Shown piece after piece: positions 27,366-42,336 of a stretch of 64,000 nucleotides of DNA. The notes under the pieces are model-generated. The model searched no databases, was not told the origin of the DNA, and saw only the letters and a program-made list of their open reading frames with translations. Each line of letters starts with the position of its first letter. The first letter of the stretch is position 1. The stretch lies in assembly GCF_009914755.1 (NCBI RefSeq), contig NC_060933.1. One strand, 5' to 3'. This stretch comes from the human T2T-CHM13v2.0 reference genome, Homo sapiens. The position numbers were made by a program, and so were the translations under genes.

Positions 27366-27393
<28 letters not shown>
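27366..27393 (+). repeat. (AC)14 microsatellite
   Basis: Counted directly. Confidence 0.97.
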
Positions 27394-27396
<3 letters not shown>

Positions 27397-27739
27397 TTGA
27401 GTGAAAAGCAACACCCACTGTGCCATCATCCTGGTATGAAGAATACTTGCACTAGAAAAAATCTAACTGCAATCCTTTCTGACACACACACATACACAAT
27501 TAGGAAACACTCAAACACTCCTTCCACACTTCATTCTGCTCTCTGCCTTTGGAGGGGCAAACAGAAGTAATCTAGCCCAATGTACAATATATAAATGTAT
27601 AGCACCATCTTGGCTGAAAGTCCCCATGCATTCTGTAGCATGCACATTGTATACACCCAATTGAGTGTTTCATAAAGTTGTATGTATGTGTAAAGGGGAA
27701 GGGAGTGGTTGGATTATTTTTTTCTTTGTCCATACCAAG

Positions 27740-27950
27740 GGCAATCTTGTCCTCTCTCCTCCTGCCTTCATTAACAATTCTCTTTCTGTGTGTCTTCAGG
27801 TCCCACTTTTAACTAGCTCTGGAATATGACAGTATCAATTTTGATTCCCTATACCCTGATCATTTTCAGTGGTCCCTTTTTTAAACCTGCCTTGAATTAT
27901 TCTAATTTGAGTATGCCATCTGTTTCCTGCTGGAACCGTGACTGATAAAA
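27740..27950 (+). mobile_element. LTR33-like ERVL LTR 3' fragment
   Basis: Ends aatttgagtatgccatctgtttcctgctggaaccgtgactgata. Confidence 0.65.
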
Positions 27951-28569
27951 GTGCCATCTTCCGTTCTTCTAAGACCATAGAAATGATAAAGTATGAAATG
28001 ATAAATGTAAAATGAAATATGTTCATATTGATATTCATTTGGAAAGATAGCATCTATATCGCTCATACTAAAAGAGGGACACAAAGGGTAATCTATCCTG
28101 AAAAGCAGATCTATAGAATCTCAAGCTTGCAGTAGGGAGTTCTACTTCTATAGAATAAGGGAGGTTAAAAAGTGCTTCATATGAGGGGGGTAAAGAGGAG
28201 TGGGCCTAGACTCACTACGTGAACTGTGTGGCTGAGACTTCCCTTCTCTATCTGCTAGAAGAGAAAGAAAGCTGTCTTCTAAACCTTGCCCTGAATTGTG
28301 GCTATTTATAGCTGAGACCCAGTGGGAGGAAGTAGTGGACATATCCTGGCAAATAAAGATTTGAGGCAAGCTACTAATTCTCAGTGACCTAAACGTTCTA
28401 AGTTACTACGTCCTAAAGATCTCTGAGTTACCAGTGTTTGACATGGATCTGGATAGGGACCCCTGGGAAGACAGGTGGAAGCATTTACAGAACTGTTAGT
28501 GATTGTGGTATTTGAGCAAAGAGAGAGGAAGAATAAGAAGAGGAAAGAGAAGAAGGAGGTTTCCTTTTC

Positions 28570-29100
28570 TGTTGAGCAACTGAAAATATATGAGGAAAAC
28601 TAATAATAGTACTAAGTGAGCTAGTAGAATCAATCAGAATATGAGTTCTCTCCAGAAAAAAAAGAAAATAATAGAGTAATCAAAAATGGTTTTTCAAATG
28701 GTACATATTAAACAGTGTTATATTAAAACTATGATAATCATATAGAGCAAATGCATAGGTTTGAAAGTAGACCGATTAAAGTTACAGAAGAAGAGAATAG
28801 AAAAAATAGTGAGGAAAAAAGTTATTGAAGAGATGTTAGCTAAGAAAGTTCTTGAGTTGAAGAGAGACATGCATACATCCTCCTATTAAAAGGGTACGCC
28901 AAATCCTGAGCAGGATAAATAGAAGTCTATATATATTCATATTTTTTAAAAAACCTTCAATGATTTAAAAAAACTCAAAATTTTACCCAAGATAAGTGGT
29001 AGACAACCTATAAAATACTGACAGAAGAATTTTTCATCATCATTAGTAGCTAGAGAAGAGAATGGACTACGTAATATTTTTCTACATGTATAGTCAGTAT
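28570..29100 (+). mobile_element. Ancient L1/HAL1 ORF1-like fragment
   Basis: A-rich; ttgaagagatgttagctaagaaagttcttgagttgaagagagacatg resembles EEI..ENFP.L..D. Confidence 0.55.
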
Positions 29101-29559
29101 CTTTATTATGTTTATTACTTGAATTGGACAAAGTTGGTGTTAATTTTCTACAAACCACTGTTGAATAGAGTTTATGAATATTGTCTTTGAATTTAGATAA
29201 TCCTGACTTCTAATACTAGTTCCAATTTTACTGATGGTGAGATCATTATCAAGTGGCATAATTCCTCTGAGACTTTGTTTCCTTAGAATTAAAGTGGAGG
29301 CACTAACAATTACTTTAAGAGACTGTTATAAATATTAAACTTAAGACAATCTCTGGTGTGTGGTAAATATTTACTTTCTTGTGGCCATTATAACCAATTG
29401 ACTAGATTTTCATAATTTTTAATAAAACAAGTCAGTTAAGAATGAAACTTATTTGTATATATATGCAGAATAAGGACACCAAAAAAAGTGAGACATTTTA
29501 GAATGTCTAGGTATTTACCAAGGACCATTCCCTTAAAGCTGTTTTCATTCTATAACTAC

Positions 29560-29900
29560 ATTTTTCCTTCACTCACTCCTCTTTTCATTTTAAGATCTCA
29601 CCTTACTTAGGTTACTTTCTCCCCATCTATAACTTTAACAATCATCTATACACTGGTGCTATTCAAATATGTTATCCTAGTCTTACATCTCTTCTGAACT
29701 CGAGGTCTGTATTCACAACTGATTATTCTATATATCACCATGGGTAATTCAAATTCAACATAACAAAAATTAAACTCAGTATCTCTCCTTCCCACTGTCC
29801 AAAACTACCCCTTCTCATATTTCCCTTTTTGAGCAAAATCCACCCAATTGCTCAAAAACGTGTGAAAAACATTACCTTCTATTTTTTCCTCAGTTCCTGC
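29560..29900 (+). mobile_element. L2 fragment
   Basis: catctatacactggtgctattcaaat...tcaaattcaacataacaaaaattaaactc. Confidence 0.7.
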
Positions 29901-31479
29901 AAAAATGTGTTAACCCCACAAGAACAATATTAAGAATATTTTACAACCTGGTTGGCAGGCACCAATGTATTAACACAGATGGCAGCTGTAGTGCTAGGGC
30001 AGGATCAAGAATGCCCTTTGCTAAAGATTCCTTGACCCCTACAGCTTTGCCATAGGTAAATCTAGAGCTTTCAGGGAATGGACTGTTTATAAGAGTGGGA
30101 ATCTTGAGAAAATAATGATTCAGCAAAGACTATGGAAAGATTTCAATACTTTTACTATTAGTATGAGCCTGCTGATATATGGCAGTATCATCTTCTTTTC
30201 TTAATACAACTGCTGTTTCTCTGTTTCTTATCATCATTTGCCTGTGCAGTTGCAATAGTCTACGAATTGTAATCCAGAGATCCAATTCCTTTTCTCCTAA
30301 GTCTCCTCTAGTGATGACTCAAATACTGCCAGTTAGTGTTTTTACTTGCTATGTTTGATAATACCACTGTAAGTAAGGCATTATAAACATAGTTAATACT
30401 TGCTTTATCTGTATTTCTTTCCCCTTTGACAGTTTGTTGTCTTTTTTCTGTATCAGATAGTGTAAGCCTTTGTTAAAAGCTTTGGGCAACTTTTAAAAAA
30501 TAAGTTACAATTTTATATTCTTTCTTTTTAATATAGAAATGATGTACTTTTACTGGGTGGGTAGTGGGAAATAGCATTAAAAGCAACACTGCAAGCAGCA
30601 AAATCCCTGAGCCAGCTGCACAACATTAAGAAAACACCTTTAAAAACACATTTTTCTTTAGCCTGAAGATTTGAGGAAGAAAGCATCACTTATCTTTTAC
30701 TATAAACAATGGATTTGTGCAATCTCACATATGAGACTAGATCTTAATTGATGACTGCACAGAAAGTAGTAAAAACTCAATATTTATGATAATCCCATTC
30801 TGTCATTTTAGTTTATAGCATTGCAGATTTTTACATGACAATGGGTCATATTTAGTGTTTCCATCACTTCTAGGAGGATTTGAAGATGTTTTTGGCTCAA
30901 GCATAAATTCAACTTGCATATTATTGAATCAACAGTTAAACCAAATAAATGATCAAATAGTAAAACCAAATGAATGATCTGTACTACCTAAATGATGGGG
31001 ATCATTTTATATGTTTTCAATGTGCACCTAGCTTCTATCATACATTGATATCAACTTCCTACAAATTTATGCAGTTTAATACCCATTTGAAAGTGAAAAT
31101 GATCCTTTTACACACATCTCAATGTAATACATGGTGGTCAGCCGATGGTGGGGGTGAGGAACAAATATTTTTTGCAAAACTTCTGAGCATTCTCCTTTCC
31201 AGTCCAGGTCTCTATACAACCATTATATGCTTTTCTTTTAAAAAATATTTTTACTATTAATCCATTTATTACAGAAGTACATAAAGCCAATTTCCCTGTA
31301 ACTGATAGTCTAAAACAATATAATAAATTGCATGATTTCATTAAAGCTTTGCACCTGTTCAACATCTTAGACCTTACTTTTTTAAGCATCCATTTTAAAC
31401 TATTAATATTTGTAATTGCCAAAGTAGCCACTTAATGATTTCTGTTTAGAAGTTATTAGTATTATAAATAATACTTTAA

Positions 31480-31657
31480 TTTTGTTTAACTGACACTTAA
31501 TAATTGTACATATTTATGGAGTTCATAGTGATGTTACAATACATATAATGCATAGTGAACAGGTCAGAGTAATTGGCATAACCATCATCTCAATTATTTA
31601 TTATTTATTTGTGTTGGGAACATTCAATATCCTCCTAGCTAATTGAAACTATGTAAT
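31480..31657 (-). mobile_element. L1MA5/6-like 3' end
   Basis: taattgtacatatttatgg...tttgtgttgggaacattcaatatcctc. Confidence 0.85.
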
Positions 31658-32498
31658 CCTAATATTTTATACCTAAATTTTTTTTATAATTCTGAATGTA
31701 ATTTTGGAAACAATGTAATAGGAGATTAAAAGTCAGAACCATCCAAGGATATACCTAACGCGTATATTTAATAGAAACCTAAAGATGCCTTTCTAATTTC
31801 ATTTCTTGAATTTTTAGATTAAGCAAGCCAAGCATTTTTACAAGAAATGTTACTTCATCCTATGTTGTAGTTCTGTCAGTGTTAACTACTGTAAGTTTCA
31901 ATTATATTCAGAATTATTAAATATTAATTATAAAATGGAATAGCATGTATATATGGCAATGCATAGTAATATTTATTATTGTCACCATAACAATTATGTA
32001 ATAATATTTTTATACTAATAACTAAACCTATTTAATGTGTATTTTCAAAACAGGAAGCACTATTTCACTCAAAGAATGAACTCCCAACACTTAAATTTAA
32101 GGCACTAGTTGTAAGCAATTGAAAAATATTAAGCACTTCAATCACATATGTTATGATTTAGGTATAAACTAAATAGAAATAAGACAAACATTAACCAAAG
32201 TGGAAGATTTTTTCTTATCTATTTTTAAAATTATATATGACAAATTCATTCTTATGCAAGATTTTCTGAGAAAATAAAAATTTTAATATTCCTATTAGAA
32301 TTCTATCTCGATGGGAATGGCACCTATTTCCTGACTTATTCTCTTCTGTATCACCAGCACCAAGTAAACAATCAATAAATATTTGTTGTGTGGCACAGAA
32401 TAGGTATTCAATAAATATTTATTTAATAAATAATATTCAGTAGAAATATGAGTCTTAGAACTACAGAATGCTGATCCAACATATTAGACTTCATTTTA

Positions 32499-32738
<240 letters not shown>

Positions 32739-33039
32739 TTAAGTAAACAAAGAGTATGAACAGGCCATTAACAAAAGAATATAAACAATTGATAAACCCC
32801 AACAAAATATTTAATCTTGCAAGCAGAAAAAGAAATATTAGTAAAAACAATACAAATACCTTATTTCTTTCTTATAAAGTTAGGATTTCTGGAAGAAAGA
32901 CAATGACTAGTTTGCATATGAGCAAGGAATATAAAATCAGTACCAATTCTAAATAAATACTCATTCAACAATTCCTCTTTGAATATTTAAATAAATACCA
33001 AAAATAAAAAATAATTGTGCACAGCAACAGCAGACCACA

Positions 33040-33300
33040 GTTATGGTCTCTAAACAACATTCACCATTAAAAGGAAGCAGGGCAACTCTTAGGGCAGAAG
33101 TGGCTGATGTGAGGTCCAGGCAGGGCAGAAGATCTTGTCATATGAGAAAACAAGTAAGTTGGATTATTAAAAACTACTGGGTAATACCCAAAGGACACAA
33201 GAGCCAGCTCAGAAATTCCCACTGACCAAAGTTGGGACAATTATGGAATCAATAGAAAGAATAAACTACAACAGATTAAGACACAATAAATACATTTAAA
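33040..33300 (+). mobile_element. L1MC 3' UTR fragment
   Basis: ttaaaaggaagcagggc...aaaggacacaagagccagct...cccactgaccaaag. Confidence 0.7.
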
Positions 33301-33776
33301 TCTGTTTATCATCTTTTATAATGAAGATTCAGTATTTACCACCCCAAATTTGAAGCATATGGTTCAAAATAATAACCACTGTTTCAAAAATTTTAAGTCA
33401 GCTTTCATTTAACATTGGAGGAATTTTTAAAGGAACTACTACCTCTAATAAGAAAACAAGTATCCTTGATCAATTTCCAATTTCTATTTTATGTGTTAAA
33501 TTCAATTATAATTAATAGTTTTATTGAAAAGATCATGTCTTTTTTGACCCCAATTTTGTCTCCTTATCTCTTTTTTCCTTTTATATAAACATATATAATT
33601 TGAGTTTTTCCTCACTTACATTGCTTACAATTATATTAACACTGTGGTTTATTTTTAAAATTGTATACTTTTTAAATGAGAAAGAGAAAAGTAAACTTTT
33701 TGAATTGCAAAATATAGCTGAAAATACGTCAATGAATTTTCTCAAAACTGAAAAGTAGTTTTCTATTAATACAAAC

Positions 33777-34087
33777 TTTTTTGTTTGTTTCTTTTTTTGA
33801 GACAGAGTTTGGCTCTGTCAACCAGGCTGGAGTACAGTGGTGCAATCGTGTCTCACTGCAGACTTGACCTCCTGGATTTAAGCGATCCTCCCACTTTGCC
33901 CTTTTGAGTAGCTGGAGCCACAGGCACGCATCACCATGACAGGCTAATTTTTTTTTTTAATTAGTTTTTTGTAGCGATTGGGTCCCTATGTTGCCCAGGC
34001 TGGTTTTGAACTCCTGGGATCAAGAAATTCTTCTGCCTCCACCTCTCAAAGTGCTGGTATTACAGGCTTGAACCACCATGTCAGGCC
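33777..34087 (-). mobile_element. AluJ
   Basis: Antisense dimer with J-type tatgttgcccaggctgg..gaactcctggg. Confidence 0.95.
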
Positions 34088-35294
34088 TATAAATTATTTT
34101 TTAATGTGTAGGGTGATGACAGAACAGGTTTATTTCCTTCATTGGTGCACATCATTTATATTTACTTATAGTAAGACAGTGCTATTAGTAATACAGCATT
34201 CTTTAAAAAAATAAAATGTTGATGAAATTGTTACATTGCTTCAGTTATATGATTAGATCTAAACCAGCTTTCATTATATTTCATGCAAAATATATTATAT
34301 ACCATGCATGGTATTTTTTCACATAGTATTTATGTTGCATGAAAAATACCATGCATGATCTCTGGAACCTGGGAGACTGCAGTAACCCTCTATGTTTCTA
34401 AAATATTTTTAAATGATTTATTAATAACTCAAGATATTTCTGCCTACCAAGCTCTTTTTTTCCTCTGTTTATATTCCATTTTTAATAATCTCACATTTCT
34501 AGGAAAATTAGGTGATATTACATTTGTATATCTTATGATGAGAATGATTGACAATATTTTAAGGTTGTATTCCAAAGAAAAATCTAATAATCTAAATAAT
34601 TATAATTACAGCCACTAATTCAGATTTATTAGAGATCAAATGTGTAACCAAATTTGCAGAGAAATAGAAAATATTAGTACGTGACTGTATTTGTTTAGCT
34701 TTTAAATTTGAAATCAATTACCCATAGTATTTTATTACAAGTGAATTAATGATATTTATGAATGCATACATTCATTAATTTAGCACTTAAACGCTAAACA
34801 TTCACATCTCCCAAATTATTTATTTTGGTTACATTTTCTTTTTAAAATAAATAATTACTCCTATATCTTTTTATTCAAACTTAGATCCTCATTAAAAACA
34901 AACTTTGAAACTCTTGTTTTTGTTATACTCTTGTTTTTATCAGTAAATATATAGAAATATTTCTATCTGTTTGCATGTTACATGCTCACATGCCATATTA
35001 GCCCTTAATGGGCTATCATTGACCTAACAAATCACCCAATACTGTCTACCTGGATTAAGACCAGCATCTATAGAAGCCTTGATAAAATGACCCTCTCTTC
35101 TCAGTCCTTTTATATATCAAAACCACATAGACTTCCCAGAAATGTTACAGATAAATAAAGAGGCCATAACACTGTTTTAGAGAAACTGATATTCAATTAG
35201 TCAGGGCTTCTTCCAATATATAATGTTAAATTTGACAGCAATGTATTTATATCTGTTAATAATTTAACCAATCTTAGAACTCCACTGAAATTAC

Positions 35295-35985
<691 letters not shown>

Positions 35986-36017
35986 AGGACGTGCATAACT
36001 CAGAAATGCACATTCCA

Positions 36018-36198
36018 TAGTGCTTCTCAAACTGAGCAAGTATAAGAATCACCTGGGAATCTTATTAAAACACAGATTCCTGGGGCCAGCCTACAAAGAT
36101 TCTGATTACGACTGAGTTCACAGCCAGGGTGAGGACCCCCATAATTTGTATTCCTAACAAGGTGCTGGGTGGTGTTGATGGTCATTTGGAGCAACTAG
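36018..36198. mobile_element. MER5-family hAT-Charlie MITE
   Basis: agtgcttctcaaact...agaatcacctggg...cagattcctggg...gattctgatt. Confidence 0.85.
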
Positions 36199-37069
36199 AA
36201 GTCTGCATTCTCAGTTTAATTTGTCTTGTTCCTTAAATTAATTTGGCACTAATCTTTGTTAATCAGTCTTTTCCCTTCCCACACCTCTCCGTTACTTTAA
36301 AGAGCATCTCCTTTGACTTTAGATTTTATTTTAAAATGTCCTGGGAGCTACTGTTCACATGTTATTCCTGTACCCAGGAGATGACCTTAAATATTTGTGC
36401 TTATCATTTCATTTCAAGAAACACTAACATTCAGGCAAGTTTAAATGATGTATGTCTTGGTTTATTGTCCCCTACGTCCTATTGTCCAAGGCCCTGTTGG
36501 AGTTATAAACAATTTTATTTCAGCACCACAAGAAAAACTTGCTGTTTTAGGTTTTAATGTTTATGTGCCACAGTCCAAGAGAAATTATTTTTTCTGATAA
36601 TGCCTTTGAACTTCAAAAGCCCTGTTCCTTTAATAAACTTTTTAGAATGAAATTATGCAATATTCATCTTCTAGTCATTAAGTTCTATGAGATCATGTTC
36701 CATAAATTTAACATTTCATAGTATTAAGGTTGGTTCCCAGCCTATCTCTAAATATCTTTTCCTTGTTTATTGCAGTATTTTAGCACTTGATAGCAGATAA
36801 TAATAGCAGACGTCAACATTCTACAAATCATTTCTAGGATGAAAACATTTTTAATAATATAAAACCAGTATTCCCTGAGCATCTGGCACCAGAATTTCTC
36901 TTAGAAAGCAAAAGGTGTTTTTCTGGAAACAATCGTGGTAAGTCATTGGAGATTGAAAGTGACACACTGATAGAGTCCAAGAAACAACAATAAAAGGCAT
37001 TTTTTTTTTTTGCTTACTCTATACAAAGCAAGTGCTTATCCATATTAACAAAGTTAATTATCATAACTA

Positions 37070-37220
37070 CTTTATGTGGCATGAATTCTATAATCCTTCA
37101 TTTTCTAGATCATAAAACTGAAGTATAGGGAGGTTAAGTGACTTAACCAAAGTACTGCAGGTGTAAGTGGCAAAGCTGGGATTTGAACCAACTCCTCAGT
37201 CCAAATATTCATCAGCATAC
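37070..37220 (-). mobile_element. MIR fragment
   Basis: aaactgaag...gaggttaagtgactt...ctgggatttgaacc. Confidence 0.75.
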
Positions 37221-37433
37221 AATGCTCCTTTATCTGATAACATAAGAACAGTTTTGCAGGTGTTTGCTGTCGGTGGTTGGTTGGTTGGCTGGTTGACTGA
37301 AAAAGAAAATGTGGGAGTGGGTGAAGTGAGAAGAGAAAAAGGGAACCAGAGATGCCAAAAAGCTGGAGGATGATGAGGTAAGGTCTCTATTTTTAGTGGC
37401 AGAATGACTGTAGAAAAGTGTTTAATATGAAAT

Positions 37434-38307
37434 AGATGCAGGACTTTTCTTGGCCCCTTTGCCAGATTCACAGCAGGGGCAACCCTTCTACTCCGCCTGC
37501 TCAACCCCATTGCGGGAAGGAGAACTCCCTTGCAGGAATTGACTGCAGGATCCAGCCAGAAGCTCCCGGCGCCAACTCAGGAGCCAGTTCCAGGCAGGGC
37601 CATGGCAAGGCTAGGTGTGTCACCTCGAGGGGAATGCGGCGGCACCCAGGTGAATGTACCTATGACCCTGAAGTCTCGGAGGGGATGTGACAGTGCTCCT
37701 TTAGATCCACCGTCTGCAGACAGCAGTGTGTAAGCAGCTCAGTTGGCCCCTTGCCTCGTTGCATGGGGTGGCTGCCCTCCACTGGCGAGGGCAAAGGGCT
37801 GATGTGATGGCCTTTCTGGGTACCCACACTCGGTGGGTCCCGAGCTCTAGTCAGTGTCCAAGAAGAGTGAGGTCACATAGATGGAGAAGGCAGAGAACTT
37901 TATTGAGTAATGAAAATGGCTCTCAGTGGAGAGGGGAGCTGGGGAGGGGATGGGAAGGGCTGGTTGTCTCCTCCTCTGCCAGCTAAGTCTAGGCACAGGA
38001 TGGGGAGTGACTGCTGATTGCTTTGTGAGTATACAAAAAGTGTTAAAGCAAAGACACCACTCAAAGGTGGGCACAACATTGTAGAAAACCAATTAGGAAA
38101 GGGTAGGTATAAGTAAAACAGGTGAAGGGTGGGGATCAATCACAGGGAAGCGTGCCTAACAGGAAGACAAGTTCTCAACCCGGTCTGAGGATTATTTAAC
38201 CTGTAGCTTGGATTTCAGGCTTTAAACTCTCTTCCCCTTGGAGGTGGGATTTCACTGGGTACCTGCCTCTATCTGCCTAAGCATTTGGCTGCTTCCTGTC
38301 ATTATCA
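37434..38307 (-). mobile_element. ERV1 solo LTR, LTR27/LTR28 family
   Basis: Minus strand starts TGATAATGACAGGAAGCAGCCAAATGCTTAGGCAGATAG; AATAAA on the minus strand near 37900; 4-bp TSD AAAT; GC-rich. Confidence 0.85.
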
Positions 38308-39519
38308 AAATGAGACATTATTTTGCTGAGCAGTGCACATTGTGGCCTCTCCTGATGACTCCCCAAATCAGCAATCTTGTAAAAATCAGTGACAGGGCAG
38401 AGTTTCACATCTGGGTTAATGTTGAATGTTGTACAGAACAGAGATTTCATGGGGTGGGGCTGTGGGAGCAGAAATAGAGGTGATCAGCAGATCAGAAGCC
38501 CAGGTAGGCTCAAGAAATCTTGGGTCAGGTTTTGGACTTTCAAGCTATAGAACAGTGGTTAAAATAATGTTTTCTAAATATTGAGAGGAAGGGAGCTCCC
38601 AGCTAATATGTGTATTTCATTTTATGATTAAATTATTGTGTTTTCTCTACTGTAAACTAAGGGGGAACTCTTATTATCTAATTTTAACGATAGAGCACCA
38701 TGCCCAGCTTGAGGAATACCATAGGTACTTATTTTAATTATAATAAAGTATATGAATACTTTTATAGTTAAGGTAAGAATAATAAACAAGAATATTTTCA
38801 AAGATCTTCCTTTATCTGTGGGCAATTAAGTTTTACTTGGGTAGATCATTCCTGTTTTAGTTTACTTTCAATCTTTAGGATATCTTGAATAATTGTAAAG
38901 ATATCTTTTCATGACATGTAACATAAACAAATCTTTTTTCTTCATATGTAAAGCCAAGATTTTCCTTTCTTACTCATACATGTGGCACCACAGCCCAAAT
39001 CAGGACAGGCTGGTTGAACAACGGACATTCCCAGGCTGATGACCTGATTTACTCTGTGCATTGGCTGTTATTGTGCATCTGAGGCCATCTGGGCTCCTGA
39101 GGGTTCCCAGGCAGAAATTTAGCAGGTGGGGCCTCCTGGTAGAGTCGATGAGAGCACTAATAAGCTTGTCTCAGCTGGATGATACTCTTTGCATATCTTT
39201 GCATTTCCTTGTTCTTACAGGGAACTGCCTTCAGGAGAAAATTCACCCAGGTCACCAATTACCGTGCTCCCCAGTTGGTTTGTGAATGCTTCAGCAGACT
39301 TATTTGTTGCACACAACTAACTTTTTTTGTTACATACCCTTAGTTTTCACACATTAAAAAATACACTAAGAAACTTAACTCTTTGAAAGAGGACATTTTC
39401 ATTCATTTCTTAGTTTGTTAATTCAACAATCAATAAACTTTTATTGAAGATTCAATATGCTCATCATCTTATGCTAGGCATTTTAGAGTGGAAGATATAA
39501 TAGCATATTAAAGATCTTC

Positions 39520-39710
39520 TATGTGACAGCCAATGTCCTAAGTGTTTAAATCCACAATAATGTTTAACTTTTATCACAACCATATAAGATAAATACCTGA
39601 CACGCAAGTTGGGAAGTTGAGGCTCAGAGAAGTTCAGAATTTTGCTCCAGTTTATACAGCATCTAAGTTGCAAAACTCAGTATCACCTCTGGTTCAGGCG
39701 ACTCCAAGGC
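39520..39710 (-). mobile_element. MIR fragment
   Basis: tgaggctcagagaagttcag, antisense core. Confidence 0.7.
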
Positions 39711-40752
39711 CCATTTTTAAAAAAATTTGTGCCAGTTATAAATGGTTCTGGCTCTCAAAAAGCCCATGGTTTAGTGATATATGGAACTCAACATAAGAAA
39801 AATCAGTATATATTATGTGTTATAATAACGGCATGATCAAGGTCCGTGAACAAAACAAATATAAATAATTCCATATTGTGCGCTTTTCACTGGGGATGCT
39901 AGAAATTGCTCCCGGTTTTTCAGCCAAGATAAAATCAGCATTCCAAGCAGAGTGAACACTAAACAAACAGACAAAAATCAGAAGCAAGAAAGTGCAATGG
40001 TAGCTTTGGGGCAGCCTCTAGAGCTCGCTAATGGAAAAGAATAAAGGGTTGAGTATGACACCTGGAAATAAGACTTGAGGTAAAATCAAGAAATGCCTTG
40101 ACTTTCACAGTTATGATCAGAAAACATCAATGTATAGTGGTTACCAGACATGAGCACTAAGGAAAACTCAACCTTTAATGCAGTTTCTTACCTCAGTGTA
40201 CAAATTATCTATTGACAGAGACCACCCAGGTTCCAAGGATTTCTTCTATCTTGTGCAACTTCTCCAGTTAACATAGACTAGATTTCACTACATCACTTGG
40301 ACATGACCATATTATTCTAGATCATGAGGTATAACAAGCCACAACAATACACTTGTACTCCCCTCAGTTTCAAAATTTATGTTACCTTAGTGGTGGTTGA
40401 GATAATGTTCAATTTCCTTTGAGAAATATGTAGAAAAGCAACACTCCTAAAACAGAGCCTTTTTCAGCCTTCTGATTCTATTCTCACATATTGCAGGGTA
40501 AAGAGGAAAGAAAAAGAAGGATGGTCAGATAGATGAGTGAGTTCTCTGGTACATGTAAATATTCAGGTGACTGTGTGTGAGACAGAGAGGCAGAGACATA
40601 GAGAGTGAGTGCAGGTGTGGTTTCCCTTCTCAACCTGTATTTTGTAAGTATGCTAAGTACATCCATTATAGAATAATCAGTATTTTACTCTTTTAGTGAA
40701 GCCTTTAAGTTAATCTTTATGTCCAAATACATAATTATATGGTGAGAGTGGA

Positions 40753-40838
40753 GGTAAGAAAAATTATAGTTTTAAAACTAAACACGTATTATATAGGTAA
40801 CAAAAATTAGAATTTTAAAACTAAACATGTATTATATA
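40753..40838 (+). repeat. Tandem duplication, 2 x 43 bp
   Basis: ggtaagaaaaattatagttttaaaactaaacacgtattatata versus ggtaacaaaaattagaattttaaaactaaacatgtattatata. Confidence 0.9.
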
Positions 40839-40922
40839 GGTCTTGAAATAACTCATTAAAGTTTTTGATTGTTCTTTCTTCAGATACATTCCATGTTCCT
40901 GGTTGTTTTGAAATGTTCTGAC

Positions 40923-42319
40923 TTTTTAAAATTATACTTTAAGTTCTGGGTTACATCTACAGAACGTGCAGGTTTGTCACATAGGTATACACGTGCCATG
41001 GTGGTTTGCTGTACCCATCAACCCGTCACCTACATTAGGTATTTCTCCTAATGTTATCCCTCCCCTAGCCCCCACCACCTACTCCAGGCCCTGGAGTGTG
41101 ATGTTCCCCTCCCTGTGTCCATGTGTTCTCGTTTTTCAGCTCCCACTTATGAGTGAGAATATGTGGTGTTTGGTTTTCTGATCTTGTGATAATTTGCTGA
41201 CAACGATGGTTTCCAGCTTCACCCATGTCCCTGAAAAGGACATGAACTCACCCTTTTTTATGGCTGCATAGTATTCCATGGAGTATATGTGCCACATTTT
41301 CTGCATCCAGTCTATCATTGATGGACAATTGCGTTGGTTCCAAGTCTTTGCTATTGTGAATAGTGTTGCAATAAACATACGTCTGCATGTGTCTTTATCG
41401 TAGAACGATTTGTAATCCTTTGGGTATATGCCCAGTAATGGGATTGCTGGGTCAAACGGTAGTTCTAGTTCTAGATCCTCGAGAAATCACCACACTGCCT
41501 TCCACAATGGTTGAACTAATTTACACTCCCAACAGTGTAAAAGCATTCCTATTTTTCCACAACCTCTCCAGCATCTGTTGTTTCCTGACTCTTTAATGAT
41601 CACCATTCTAACTGGCGTGAGATGGTATCTCATTGTGGTTTTGATTTGCATTTCTCTAATGACCAGTGATGATGAGCATTTTTTCATGTCTGTTGGCTGC
41701 ACAAATGTCTTCATTTGAGAAGTGTCTGTTCATTTCCTTTGCCCATATTTTGATGGGGTTGTTTACTTTTTTCTTGTAAATTTAAGTTCTTTGTAGATTC
41801 TGGATATTAGCCCTTTGTCAGATGGATAGATTGCAAAAATGTTCTCCCATTCTGTAGGTTCCCTGTTCACTGTGATGATAGTTTCTTTTACTGTGCACTT
41901 CTTTAGTTTAATTACATCCCATTTGTCAATTTTGGCTTTTGTTGCCGTTGCTTTTGGTGTTTTAGTCATGAAGTCTTTGCCCATGGCTATGTCCTGTATG
42001 GTATTGCCCAGGTTTTCTTCTAGGATTTTTATGGTCCTTGGTCTTATGATTAAGTCTTTGATCCATCTTGAGTTGATTTTTGTATAAGGTGTAAGCAACG
42101 GGTCCAATTTCAGTTTTCTGCATATGGCTAGCCAATTTTCCCAACACCATTTATTAAATAGGGAATCTTTTCCCCATTGCTTGTATGTGTCATGTTTGCC
42201 AAAGATCAGATGGTGGAAGATGTGTGGTGTTATTTCTGAGGCCTCCATTCTGTTCCATTGGTCTATATATCTGTTTTGGTACCAGTACCATGCTGTTTTG
42301 GTTACTGTAGCCTTGTAGT
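40923..42319 (-). mobile_element. L1PA (PA7-like) 3' segment: ORF2 C-terminus and 3' UTR
   Basis: ORF 41763-42356 [38 protein letters not shown]; L1PA 3' UTR ttatactttaagttctggg. Confidence 0.97.
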
Positions 42320-42336
42320 AAAGAAATGAAGGCAGA

